From Candidatus Hydrogenedentota bacterium (GTDB lineage Bacteria > UBA8481 > J006): a DNA stretch of 64,000 nt. Of the stretch, positions 37,277 through 47,000 are shown piece by piece. The position numbers and the translations under genes are program-made. The stretch spans positions 3,133 to 67,132 of the forward strand of contig RFFU01000040.1 in NCBI GenBank assembly GCA_003697085.1, read 5' to 3'. Each line of letters opens with the position of its first letter. Within the stretch, counting starts at the first letter, position 1. Under the pieces are notes generated by a model. That model was given only the letters and a program-made list of their open reading frames with translations. It was not told the DNA's origin and made no database searches.

Positions 37277-39484
37277 ATGAGACGCGGCGAGGAATCTCGA
37301 GAGAAACCGGCCGGGAGGGAGAGACGGCGGCCGGGGCGGAATGTGATTCAAAGCCTCGGCGTCTTTCTCCTTCTTTCGGGCGTTCTGCTTCTGATCGGTT
37401 CGGGGAGGGTGCGAAGCGAGGAGGAAAAGAGCGAACGTGTATTGCCGCCGGCGATGGCGATGCCTTACGGAAAAATCCGCTTTCTCTGGGACGACGAGTT
37501 CGCGAAGAAGGTGGAGATCGGCGCGGATTTCAACAACTGGAATCCCTCGGCAACGCCGTTGCACCAAGGGCCCTACAACATCTGGATGACGGAGGTGGAC
37601 CTCAAGCCGGGGAAGTATTCCTACAAGTTCGTGATCGACGGGCAGTGGGAGTCGGGGGACAATCGGACCTTGATCGTGGTGAGGAAGAAGGACGGGACGA
37701 TCGGGATCAAGGAGACGCGTCCCGCCTCGAACACGCCCTACAATTCGCGGATCTGGTTTGAGGGGAGAGCCTGGGCGCAGGCGGTTCTGCGGAGGGTTCC
37801 GGACGGCGAGCAGGTCGATACGGGGCGCTGGCGGTTCGCTCCGTTCGAGTACAACCTTCTTCCCCGGATGTATTTCACGGCGGGGGACAACTTTACGGGA
37901 ATGGTGGAGATGAATATGAATCAGAGGCGGGATCGGTTCACGACCTTCTTCAACCAGGGCGAGGTGGCGTTGGAGGAGGATTTCGGACGGTTCTTTCTCT
38001 TTCGCCGGCGGCGGGCTTTCACATTCGACAATCCGATGCGCACCTTGGATCGGTTCCGTGACACGTTGGACGACGAGGTTTATTTCACGACGGAGCAGCG
38101 GCCGAAATGGCACAACTTCGGCCGCCGGTTCGATTTCATCACGCGGAATCAATCGGACAGCGATTTCACCTTTACCGCGGACGGCTGGCAGGGGTTCGTG
38201 TCGGACGTGCATCCGGGAAAATGGAGTCTGTTGGCGTTCGGAGCCGACCAGATGCGCAAGAACGAGGATCTTTGGGGAAGCCGAGTGAAGTGGGAGGGGA
38301 AGTACTTCACGGTGGGTGGGCATTATCTGATGAACAACCATCAGCGGGGTTTGATTGCGGCGCCGGCCGGAGGGAATTCCGTGCGGCAGAATGCGGCTTT
38401 CACGGATACCGACGGCGGCGTCTTCTTCTATCCCTACATCAATTCGGCGACGGATGACGGCCGTAATTATCTCAACTACGATGCCCTTGTCCTCTTCGAT
38501 CCGAATGCTCCGAACCGGGATCAATGGATGGGATTGGACTTCAAACTCGGCACGGAGAAGCATCATTTGTTCGGCGAGTGGGAATTTTATCGGAAGGACT
38601 GGTCGTACGTGGCGTTCGAGAACGGGGACGGGATGCTTCCGAACGGAGCGGGATTCTTCAACACGAGTGTCCACAATATCGGCGAGTTTCTCTTTGGAGG
38701 CCAGGAGAGAAAACACACGATTCTTTTCGGCGGTGTCTGGAAGCCGTGGGAGGCGTTGGGATTGGAGTTGGCGCTGAAGGCGGACGACGCCTCGGCGCTG
38801 ACGCTCGATCAGAACCGCAATCTCGTTCGCACGGATCCCAGTGGAGTGGAGTTCGCGTTTCGGGGAAAGTACCAGGCCGAGAAGTTCCGCTATGGGGCGG
38901 AATTCATCAGGCGAACGGTGCGCGATTTTCCGAACAACACCTTTCAGGCCAACTTCGACAACTTCGATTTCGTGGGCGTGGATGTGCTGGGCGCAAACGA
39001 TCTCTTCCAGTTCAAACAGTTGCTTGTGGCAACTCCGGGACGGTTCACGATCCACCTCGGGCATCGGTTCCGCAGTTACGATCTCACCGCCGCCACGCTC
39101 CAGACGAACGAACTCAAGCTCCGACTGGGCTATCAATTCACGAAACGGCTGGGGCTCGAGGCGGCGGGGCGGTACAAAAGTTACGATCTTCCCAACGATC
39201 CCTCCCTGACTGTTCAACCCGGTGTCCGTGAAAACTTTTTTGCCGGCGGGCTCCGCCTGATCTACCGCGTCTCGAAATATGTTACTCTGAATGCGGGGTA
39301 CGGGGTGAATTTCGAGAATGACGAGGATGTGGAATGGGGACAACTCTTCTTTATGCGCGAGGCCCTGGCGCGAGCGCAACGGCCGCAGTCGCCGACGACC
39401 CACGCATTGGATCAGGTGTTGGAGGCGGAGCGGGCCTTGCAGCGCGAACGGCGTTTCGAGTTCAACATCGATGCGCGGTTTTGA
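37277..39484 (+). CDS. outer-membrane beta-barrel protein with an N-terminal CBM48 / AMPK-beta glycogen-binding-type domain
   Basis: Signal/TM (VIQSLGVFLLLSGVLLLIGSG), then KIRFLWDDEFAKKVEIGADFNNWNPSATPLHQGPYNIWMTEVDLKPGKYSYKFVIDGQWESGDN (CBM48/GBD signature F.W....V.V.G.FN.W.....L.......W.....L..G.Y.YKF.VDG.W). About 600 aa of barrel-like sequence follows, ending ...FEFNIDARF. Confidence 0.6.
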   Translation: MRRGEESREKPAGRERRRPGRNVIQSLGVFLLLSGVLLLIGSGRVRSEEEKSERVLPPAMAMPYGKIRFLWDDEFAKKVEIGADFNNWNPSATPLHQGPYNIWMTEVDLKPGKYSYKFVIDGQWESGDNRTLIVVRKKDGTIGIKETRPASNTPYNSRIWFEGRAWAQAVLRRVPDGEQVDTGRWRFAPFEYNLLPRMYFTAGDNFTGMVEMNMNQRRDRFTTFFNQGEVALEEDFGRFFLFRRRRAFTFDNPMRTLDRFRDTLDDEVYFTTEQRPKWHNFGRRFDFITRNQSDSDFTFTADGWQGFVSDVHPGKWSLLAFGADQMRKNEDLWGSRVKWEGKYFTVGGHYLMNNHQRGLIAAPAGGNSVRQNAAFTDTDGGVFFYPYINSATDDGRNYLNYDALVLFDPNAPNRDQWMGLDFKLGTEKHHLFGEWEFYRKDWSYVAFENGDGMLPNGAGFFNTSVHNIGEFLFGGQERKHTILFGGVWKPWEALGLELALKADDASALTLDQNRNLVRTDPSGVEFAFRGKYQAEKFRYGAEFIRRTVRDFPNNTFQANFDNFDFVGVDVLGANDLFQFKQLLVATPGRFTIHLGHRFRSYDLTAATLQTNELKLRLGYQFTKRLGLEAAGRYKSYDLPNDPSLTVQPGVRENFFAGGLRLIYRVSKYVTLNAGYGVNFENDEDVEWGQLFFMREALARAQRPQSPTTHALDQVLEAERALQRERRFEFNIDARF

Positions 39485-39595
39485 GGCGGACGGGTGTCCC
39501 GCTTTGTTTTCCTTCCCGTTTTCTTTTCTTTCTCCGCGTGCGCTGACATTTTCAGGGAGGCGACGAGAAAATTTGAAGTTGGGAGGTTGGAGCGG

Positions 39596-40066
39596 ATGAC
39601 GAGGACGACTCATAAAAAGGGACGGTTTTCGGCGGAGCGTTTTGTGACGCTGGGGATGTTTACGTTGTTTCTCCTCTTGGCGTCCGGTTGCCTGGTGCGC
39701 GAAAGGCTGGAATCGGCCACCGTCGCGCAGAATCCCAAGGGCGTGCTTTTCGTTTACGACGATCTTTCGGCGAACGAGGTCTGGCTCGCCGGCCAGTTCA
39801 ACCACTGGGCGGCGAAGAAGGGAGATCGGTTTCTCATCGAGATGAAGCAAGGAGAGGACGGATTATGGCGCGCTGTCATTCCGTATCGCGAATACATCCG
39901 CGATCCCGAGTTCGATGAACTGGATGACGATATCTATGTCCAGCATGGACGGCGCTATCAGTACAAGTTCGTGATTGATCAGAACCGTTGGGTCACGGAC
40001 CCGAACAACCGGAGCCTGAAGAAGAACCCGGACGGGACCGAGAATTCCCTGCTGGTGGCGCCTTGA
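39596..40066 (+). CDS. lipoprotein with CBM48 / glycogen-binding domain
   Basis: RBS gggaggttggagcggATG. Lipobox LLLASGC, then GVLFVYDDLSANEVWLAGQFNHWAAKKGDRFLIEMKQGEDGLWRAVIPY...RRYQYKFVIDQNRWVTDPNN. ORF track 39494.. has an upstream extension. Confidence 0.65.
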   Translation: MTRTTHKKGRFSAERFVTLGMFTLFLLLASGCLVRERLESATVAQNPKGVLFVYDDLSANEVWLAGQFNHWAAKKGDRFLIEMKQGEDGLWRAVIPYREYIRDPEFDELDDDIYVQHGRRYQYKFVIDQNRWVTDPNNRSLKKNPDGTENSLLVAP

Positions 40067-42508
40067 ATGGATTGTGAGACTGGTTTTGTTTCCGGGCACC
40101 GAAGGCGGCGAGAGAAGGTGCGCGTCGTCTTGTTTGCCGGGCTGTGTCTTCTTCTTTTGTGCGCGGCGGCGATGCTTGTGGAAGATCGGGTGGCGGGCGA
40201 GGTTGTTCCGGCGGCGGTAGTCCGGGCGGCGGCGGTAGGCCCGTCGGCCGATGGAGAGGTCATCGTCGTTCCGCGCGACGAAGCCGCCTTGTCGGTGCTC
40301 GAGACGCTCGGGTATTCGATCAAGAGGCGCCTCTCGCCGCTCAACGCCGTTCTGTTGGCGGTTCCGGTGGGAAAGACGACAGAAGAAGCCGTCGCGGAAC
40401 TGGCTGTTCGGGCGGACCTCGTGGACGTAAGGCGGAACCGTCTCTATTCGCGGGCGGTAACTCCGAATGATCCGCAGTTCTCGAATCAATGGCAGTTCGA
40501 TTCGATCGTGGCGGAGCCGGCGTGGGACATCGATACGGGAACGGCTTCGGAGACGATCGCGATCATCGATGACGGAATCGACACGGATCACGTCGATCTG
40601 GCGGCGAGGCTCGTCTTTGTGAAGGGCGCCGATGTCGTCAACAACGATGACGATCCTTCCCAATTCGTCAACATTCACGGAACGGAGGTGGCCGGGATGG
40701 CGGCCGCGATCACGAACAACGGTCAAGATGCCGCCGGGGTGGATTGGAACGCAAAAATCATGCCGATCCAGGTTTTTGCCGATGTCGCGGGATCGAGCGC
40801 AACGAGTGCGGATATTGCCGCAGGAATCATCAAGGCGGTCGAGAATCACGCGAGTGTGATCAATCTTTCCTTGATGGGATTTCTCGATTTTGCTCCGGAC
40901 GATACGATCGAAGATGCGATCGCCTATGCCGTGAACGCCGGTATTCCGGTGGTGGCCGCCGCCGGGAATTTCAACAGTGGCGGGACGACGTGGCCGGAGA
41001 CGGTACCCATCCATCGATTTCCAGGGAGTTCGTTTCTCACGATTTCGGTTGGGGCCACGAACCGTGCGGATTCCTGGGCCAATTTTTCCGCCTACGTTCG
41101 TCCGGACGAAGCATCCTATCAGACGTGGATCAATCCCGGCGGGACCCTTCTCGGAGATTTGGGGATTCAGGAAGGGCAGTTGACGACGCTCGATCTTGTC
41201 GCTCCGGGCGAAAGTGTCGTGACGTTAACGGCGGGTGTTGGCGTGGCGACCGTGAATGGGACCTCGTTTTCGGCTCCTTTGGTTTTCGGAGCCGTGACAC
41301 TGGTGAAGCATATCCGGAGCGAGTATTCGCCGGAGAACCTACGCGAGATTCTCCGGGTCACCGCGCGCGACATCGGGCCGGGAGGGTACGATGCGCCAAC
41401 CGGCGCCGGTGTCCTCGATCTCAACAAACTTCTCGGGACGGCTCTTTATGAATCGCTCTATCCCTTTTCGGACGACACGCGGACGATCCGAGCGGATTCC
41501 TTTTCCGCGGCTGTTCCGGGAGACACCGGCAATGCTCTTTCGGCGGCAAATGGGCGAGTCGGGCGGCGTTCTCTCGAGATCACGGGAAACAACGTTTACA
41601 CGGGATACGACGGCGCTCTGGGAGCGGAGAGCGGGACGATCGAATTCTACGTTTGGTTCGACGCAACTCAACCGAACGATACGGCTTACGTGGTTACTCA
41701 AAAGGGGAATCTGGCGAAAGGGGGGGGGAGCTTGGATCTCATCTATCGTTCGGACGGACATCTGGAGTATCGGTTGGCGGATACGGTGACGCTTGTCAGC
41801 GCCGATACGCTTTTCGCCCAGCGTTGGTACCACGTCGCGATGACGTATGGCGACAGCGGAGCCTTTCTTTATGTGAACGGAGAATCGCAGGCGTCGTCGG
41901 GGGTCACCGGCGGCCCGCCGGTTCAAGACACGGTCTTTTTCGGCGCACCGGGTTCCGTGGGCTCCTCGGCGGTATGCCGAATCGATTCGCTCAGATTTTC
42001 GCGAGGGCAGCGCCTGATCTTTCCGAGCGCTCTGGCGGTGACGGTCTGGAGCCAGAAGGCCACGACCAACGCGCTCGATGCCGTCAGTGTTCGGTGGACG
42101 GCGTTGCGGAACGAGACATCGCCCGTGACAATCTCGATCTATGCCGACGAGAACCGCGAGGGATTCGATGGGATCCCCCTGGCGACGGGGTTGGCGAACG
42201 ATGGTCAGGAGACGGTAAGCCTTGCGGCTCTCGCCTCGACGGGAAAGGAGTATTTTCTCTACGTGACGGCGGAGGATCTTGTTTACGGTAACGAGAGCGT
42301 CTCGGCCTATTCGGACACAGCCTTCAAGGCTTTTACGGCTTTATCGGATTTGTTGACCGCGACTCCGGGGCGGTCGGGAGAGTGCCGGTTGGCCACCGTT
42401 ACCGGCGCGCGGGGAGTGAAGTGGTTGAGATGGTTTCGGGATCGGGCGATGAGCCTTCCCTTCGGCCGTTGGCTCGTCGGTTTTTACTATCGTGTATGGG
42501 GCTGTTGA
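40067..42508 (+). CDS. secreted S8 subtilisin-like serine peptidase with C-terminal LamG/concanavalin-like domain
   Basis: Catalytic triad contexts: AIIDDGIDTDHVDL (Asp), HGTEVAGMAAA (His), VNGTSFSAPLVFGA (Ser). C-terminal laminin-G-like region (IEFYVWFDATQP...LDLIYRSDGHLEYRLAD...WYHVAMTYGDSGAFLYVNGE). Signal peptide present. Confidence 0.85.
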   Translation: MDCETGFVSGHRRRREKVRVVLFAGLCLLLLCAAAMLVEDRVAGEVVPAAVVRAAAVGPSADGEVIVVPRDEAALSVLETLGYSIKRRLSPLNAVLLAVPVGKTTEEAVAELAVRADLVDVRRNRLYSRAVTPNDPQFSNQWQFDSIVAEPAWDIDTGTASETIAIIDDGIDTDHVDLAARLVFVKGADVVNNDDDPSQFVNIHGTEVAGMAAAITNNGQDAAGVDWNAKIMPIQVFADVAGSSATSADIAAGIIKAVENHASVINLSLMGFLDFAPDDTIEDAIAYAVNAGIPVVAAAGNFNSGGTTWPETVPIHRFPGSSFLTISVGATNRADSWANFSAYVRPDEASYQTWINPGGTLLGDLGIQEGQLTTLDLVAPGESVVTLTAGVGVATVNGTSFSAPLVFGAVTLVKHIRSEYSPENLREILRVTARDIGPGGYDAPTGAGVLDLNKLLGTALYESLYPFSDDTRTIRADSFSAAVPGDTGNALSAANGRVGRRSLEITGNNVYTGYDGALGAESGTIEFYVWFDATQPNDTAYVVTQKGNLAKGGGSLDLIYRSDGHLEYRLADTVTLVSADTLFAQRWYHVAMTYGDSGAFLYVNGESQASSGVTGGPPVQDTVFFGAPGSVGSSAVCRIDSLRFSRGQRLIFPSALAVTVWSQKATTNALDAVSVRWTALRNETSPVTISIYADENREGFDGIPLATGLANDGQETVSLAALASTGKEYFLYVTAEDLVYGNESVSAYSDTAFKAFTALSDLLTATPGRSGECRLATVTGARGVKWLRWFRDRAMSLPFGRWLVGFYYRVWGC

Positions 42509-42520
42509 CGGGCGCGGCCG

Positions 42521-43909
42521 GTGAGTAAGAGAGTGCATCGGGACGGGCACGGTTCGTCCGTGTGGCGTGCCGGAAGAGAGATTGTTTACCAGATCTTTCC
42601 GGATCGCTGGAGGCGTTCGAAGAGTTCGCCGGAAGTTCTGCCACGAGGGAGGAGGTGGCGGGGGAGACCGGTGATCGTGACGAGCAACGCCCGGCTTCTC
42701 GGTTCCCGGCGCAACGGCCAGCGCACCTTTTACGGCGGAGACCTGCAGGGAATCACGGATTCGCTGGATTATCTTTCGAGTCTCGGAGTCACGATCCTGT
42801 ATCTGAACCCGATCTTCGAGGGGAGAAGTTGTCACCGATACGACACGGTCGATCATTTGCGGATCGACCCGATGCTGGGAACGCGCGAGGATTTCGAGGT
42901 GCTGTGTCGAGAGGCGAAGAGCCGGGGGATGAAGATCGTTCTGGACGGCGTCTTCAATCACACGTCGCTGGATCACCCCTGGTACCGATCATCGAGCCTG
43001 CGCCGGCGATATTATCTGATGAAGAACGAGACCGAAACTATGACGTGGATGAACGGCGGAGGGTTACCGAAACTGGATACGGAAAATCCGCGGGTGTTGA
43101 GCGCTATCCGGAAAACGATCGAGGCGTGGCCGGAGGCGGACGGCTGGAGGCTGGACGCGGCGCATCTTCTTCCGGAGAGGTGTTTGCGGGAGATCCGCGG
43201 GGCAGCCGGGACGCGGAAGATCGTGATCGAGGATTGGGAACATTCGGCTCATTATTTCCGGAAGGGATTGGCAGATTCCGTCACGAACTTTCTTTTTCGG
43301 GACGCGATGGAGAGGTATTTCATCGAGGATCTGGCTCCAGAGACGTTGGTGGAGCGGCTTCGGGTCTGGATCGAGGGGTATCCTCGAGCGCAACTACCTT
43401 GGGTGTGGAATTTTCTCGACAATCATGACACGGCGCGTCTGTTGGGGAGGGTGGGGCGTGAGCGGTTTTTTCGAGCGGCGGTTTTCCTCTTCACTTTACC
43501 GGGAACGCCGATGGTTTTTCACGGGGACGAGGTCGGATTGGGCGGCGGTGGAGCGCGGAAGAACCACGACGCGGGGCGGCAGGTGATGCCGTGGAACGAG
43601 CGGTGGTGGGATCGGGGTATCTTGGAGCATTTTCGAGCATTGGCGTCTTTCCGGAAGCGGTTTGGACCGGCGACGCGGGGGCGGTTCCGGGTTCTGGCGG
43701 CGGAGAATGGCAGCCGGACGGTAGTGTGGGAGATGGAGTGGGGTGGATATCGAATCTATTCGGCCGTGAATGATGGGTATCGGGGATCGCGGGTTCCAGG
43801 TATGGACGGAAGACGGGTGAGACTGAAACCGGGCGAGTGGATAGTAAGGGGCGAGGATCGAGAGGGGGAGATGCGGTTGGGATCGGAGCAAATTTCCTAC
43901 TCAACGTAA
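42521..43909 (+). CDS. GH13 alpha-amylase-family glycosidase (cytoplasmic type, no signal peptide)
   Basis: VYQIFPDRW, GGDLQGITDSLDYLSSLGVTILYLNPIF, GMKIVLDGVFNHTS (region I), GWRLDAAHLL (region II), WNFLDNHDTARL (region IV). GTG start. Confidence 0.85.
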   Translation: MSKRVHRDGHGSSVWRAGREIVYQIFPDRWRRSKSSPEVLPRGRRWRGRPVIVTSNARLLGSRRNGQRTFYGGDLQGITDSLDYLSSLGVTILYLNPIFEGRSCHRYDTVDHLRIDPMLGTREDFEVLCREAKSRGMKIVLDGVFNHTSLDHPWYRSSSLRRRYYLMKNETETMTWMNGGGLPKLDTENPRVLSAIRKTIEAWPEADGWRLDAAHLLPERCLREIRGAAGTRKIVIEDWEHSAHYFRKGLADSVTNFLFRDAMERYFIEDLAPETLVERLRVWIEGYPRAQLPWVWNFLDNHDTARLLGRVGRERFFRAAVFLFTLPGTPMVFHGDEVGLGGGGARKNHDAGRQVMPWNERWWDRGILEHFRALASFRKRFGPATRGRFRVLAAENGSRTVVWEMEWGGYRIYSAVNDGYRGSRVPGMDGRRVRLKPGEWIVRGEDREGEMRLGSEQISYST

Positions 43910-44063
43910 GTTTTTCCACGGTTTCCGCGACTTGCGGGTGGGCGTGGAAGTGATAGAATTAAGGCGTAACGATACGAAAGAGAAGAATCGGAAAGAAAAA
44001 AGGAACGCAGGAGGAAAAGGAAGCGGTGGTACTGGCGCGACCGTTGAAGAGGGACCGGATGCT

Positions 44064-47000
44064 GTGCGTCCTTTCGATCAGGCTGTGAAGAGACCGTCAC
44101 ACGGAAAGCGGCGGAGGGAGATCGAGCGGGGGCGGTCTTTCGTTTCGATAGGGCTTTTACTTTTCGGAGGGGGCTTGCTTTTTCAGATTTTCGCGCCCGT
44201 TTATGCGACGAATCCGGTGACGGTGCCGGGAGATTTCAACGGCTGGAACAATTCCTCGGGAAACAAGATGACGTACATCAACACTTGGAACGGAAGGGAT
44301 GTCTTTGCGGTACTGACGACGATCGACTCGGTCGCGTATGGAACCGGTCACCAATACAAGATTTACGTCGGCGATTGGGCGACGCCTTCCGGGGGGTGGT
44401 TGGGTGGCGGAACGTCCTCCGGGTTGAAACTTCCGCAGGTTGTCAATCAACTGGATTCTCAACCCGTAACACCCACCATTACCATCGATATCGACACTTC
44501 GGTTTATCACGATACACCGGGAATGTTTTATATTCAGTTTCGTGTTAAGCCTTCAGGTGGGGGGCTGGGAACGATCAACGATGTGGTTTTCAAGAGGGCG
44601 ACCGTCCAAGCCCCGGGAACGTATAACGGGTGGGATACGGACGGCGCAGCCACGGAGATGGCGAAGATTGGGTTGACGGACACGTGGGTGAAATACGTCT
44701 CGATAAGCGCGGTCGGCACCGTGCAATTCAAGATCATTACCGGAAACTCGTGGGACTGGTACCACTGGGGCTGGTCGAACGCGAACACGCTTTCGGTTCC
44801 GGTGGACACGACGGCATTCGAGGGACCAAGTTTCGGGGCGGGGCAGCCGCAGAATATCCAGGTGAACGTCACGGAAACCGGTGTCTATCGCCTGACATTC
44901 AACACGGTGACGGATCAGATCACGTTTACGAAGGTCACGGAACCGTTGATCAGCCAAGTGCAGACGTCGGGAGCGTCGGCGACGGACGATTTCATCGAGT
45001 TGTACAATCCCACGCCGGATTCGATCGAGATGAGCAACTATTTTCTGGCGCAGAGAGCCTCTTCGGAGGAGACGGTCACAGTCATCCATCGATTCACATC
45101 GGACAGCATTCCTCCTCACGGATATTACCTTTGGGCGCACGCGACGGGTTATACGGGCGAGACACCAGCCAACCAGACTTCCTTGGTCAACGTTACGAAT
45201 GACAATTTGATTTTGCTGAAGAAGAACGGCGACACGACGAGTGAGTATTTGGCGGAGGTGGTGGATGCCGTCGGATACGGTGCCTGGGCGGCACCGACAT
45301 CACTGGCTGCGCAGGAATCGGGCTATTGGCGCTCGGCGTTTTACGAAGGCAGCGGATTGGCGTCCAATCCCGCGGCGAATGGGAGTTTGATGCGGTTGCC
45401 GGGGGGGATCGGCGGGGAGCATTCGGACAGTCAAGACAACGCCAACGATTTCATAACGCTTTCCGCGTCGATGCCGAGAAACAAGACAGGTTACAGGACT
45501 CCTTACACTTTTTCGGACACGGTTTCCCCTTCCTCAGTCGTTTCGGGAGAGACCTTTCTCTTAACGATGGTGGTGAAGGACTGGTTGGGGGAGACGGTGG
45601 GTCTCTATTCGGATACCGCGGATCTGAGTGTTTCGGCGGGAACGATCAATCCGAAGAAGACACAAGCCTTTTCAGCGGGAACACGGAGCGAATCGGCCAG
45701 CATCACCGGTGCGCCGGCGACCGTGACGATCACGACGACGGCTCCGGACGGCTCCTTTCAAGGAACGGTGGATATCACGGTGACGCCGGATCTTGTCAAC
45801 GGATGGCATATACCAAAGAACAACGAGCCGGATACGGCGGTGGATGCGGACAGTTTTATGAGGACGGCAACGAATACGGAAGGGGGGACGAACAACGATA
45901 CGATGTGGCCGCGACGACGGACCACGGACAATCCGATTCTTTTGTGGGTGGGGAAGGCTCCTGTGGATCCGGACTCTCCGCAGAGCGCGGCTTTTCGATA
46001 TCAGACGGCTACGACGGCGTGGTCGGCGTGGCAGAATTTCGACGACACGGTGATCGTGGGGGGGAATCTCTACTATCGTTTTACGTTGAACCAGGGCGCA
46101 ACGACGGACTGGGATTTCCGGGATACGGTGGCGTACTATTTCCGCCTGGAGCAGGTCGGCAAGGACACGACCTACATTTACGGGAGCGGCGTGGCGGACG
46201 ATGTCACGACGAGCCAAAAGACACCGGTCGAGGCGACCGCGCAGGCGAGCCCGTTTATCTACAAGATTCGTTCGACCCGTCCCTTGCCGCCGGATACCGC
46301 GATCTCACCGACCGACGGCCAGACGGATGTCGGGACGAGGAAACCGACGTTCACCTGGAAGGAGTCGTTCGACATCGACACGGCGGCGGGGGACACGATC
46401 GTCGATTACTATTTCGAGATTGCGACGAAGCCGGATATGAGTGACAGCGCCTCGCTGGGGTTGTCGAAGTGGTTGGGTTCGGGGAACACCTCGTACACGA
46501 TCGATTCACCGCTTCAAGCCTTCACGTGGTACTACTGGAGGGTTCGCGCCAAGGATTCCGGGAGTCAGGTCAGCGACTATTCCGAGACCTTCCAGTTCAA
46601 GATCAACGCGATCATCGCCGTGGACGGGGACATATCGGACTGGATTCTGGGAGAGACGTTCCCGACGATCAACGCGGGGAATATGAGTCATTCGACCTCG
46701 ATGGGGATCACGTGGGATTCCAACAGTATCTATGTGATGTGGGACAAGAAGGAGTCGCTTCACGATTCGGACGTGCTTTTCATTTACATCGATGCGGTTC
46801 CGGGGGGGAGCAACACGTCGATCAATTGGAGCGGAACGCACAATCTCCCGTTCGCGGCCGACACGGCGTTTCATATGGAACCGAAAGGACTGAAGTTCGA
46901 GTATCGGTACTGGAACGGGGGGGCGTGGGTCTGGAAGGGGGCGATCGGACAAAAGGCCCAGAATTACGCCGGCGGGATCGCGGAAGTCAGTTTCCCGTGG

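Noticed and set aside
37214-39850. 878-aa minus-strand ORF
   Set aside because: It is antisense to the CBM48-barrel gene. It shows no domain signatures and has R/P-rich composition typical of high-GC antisense frames.
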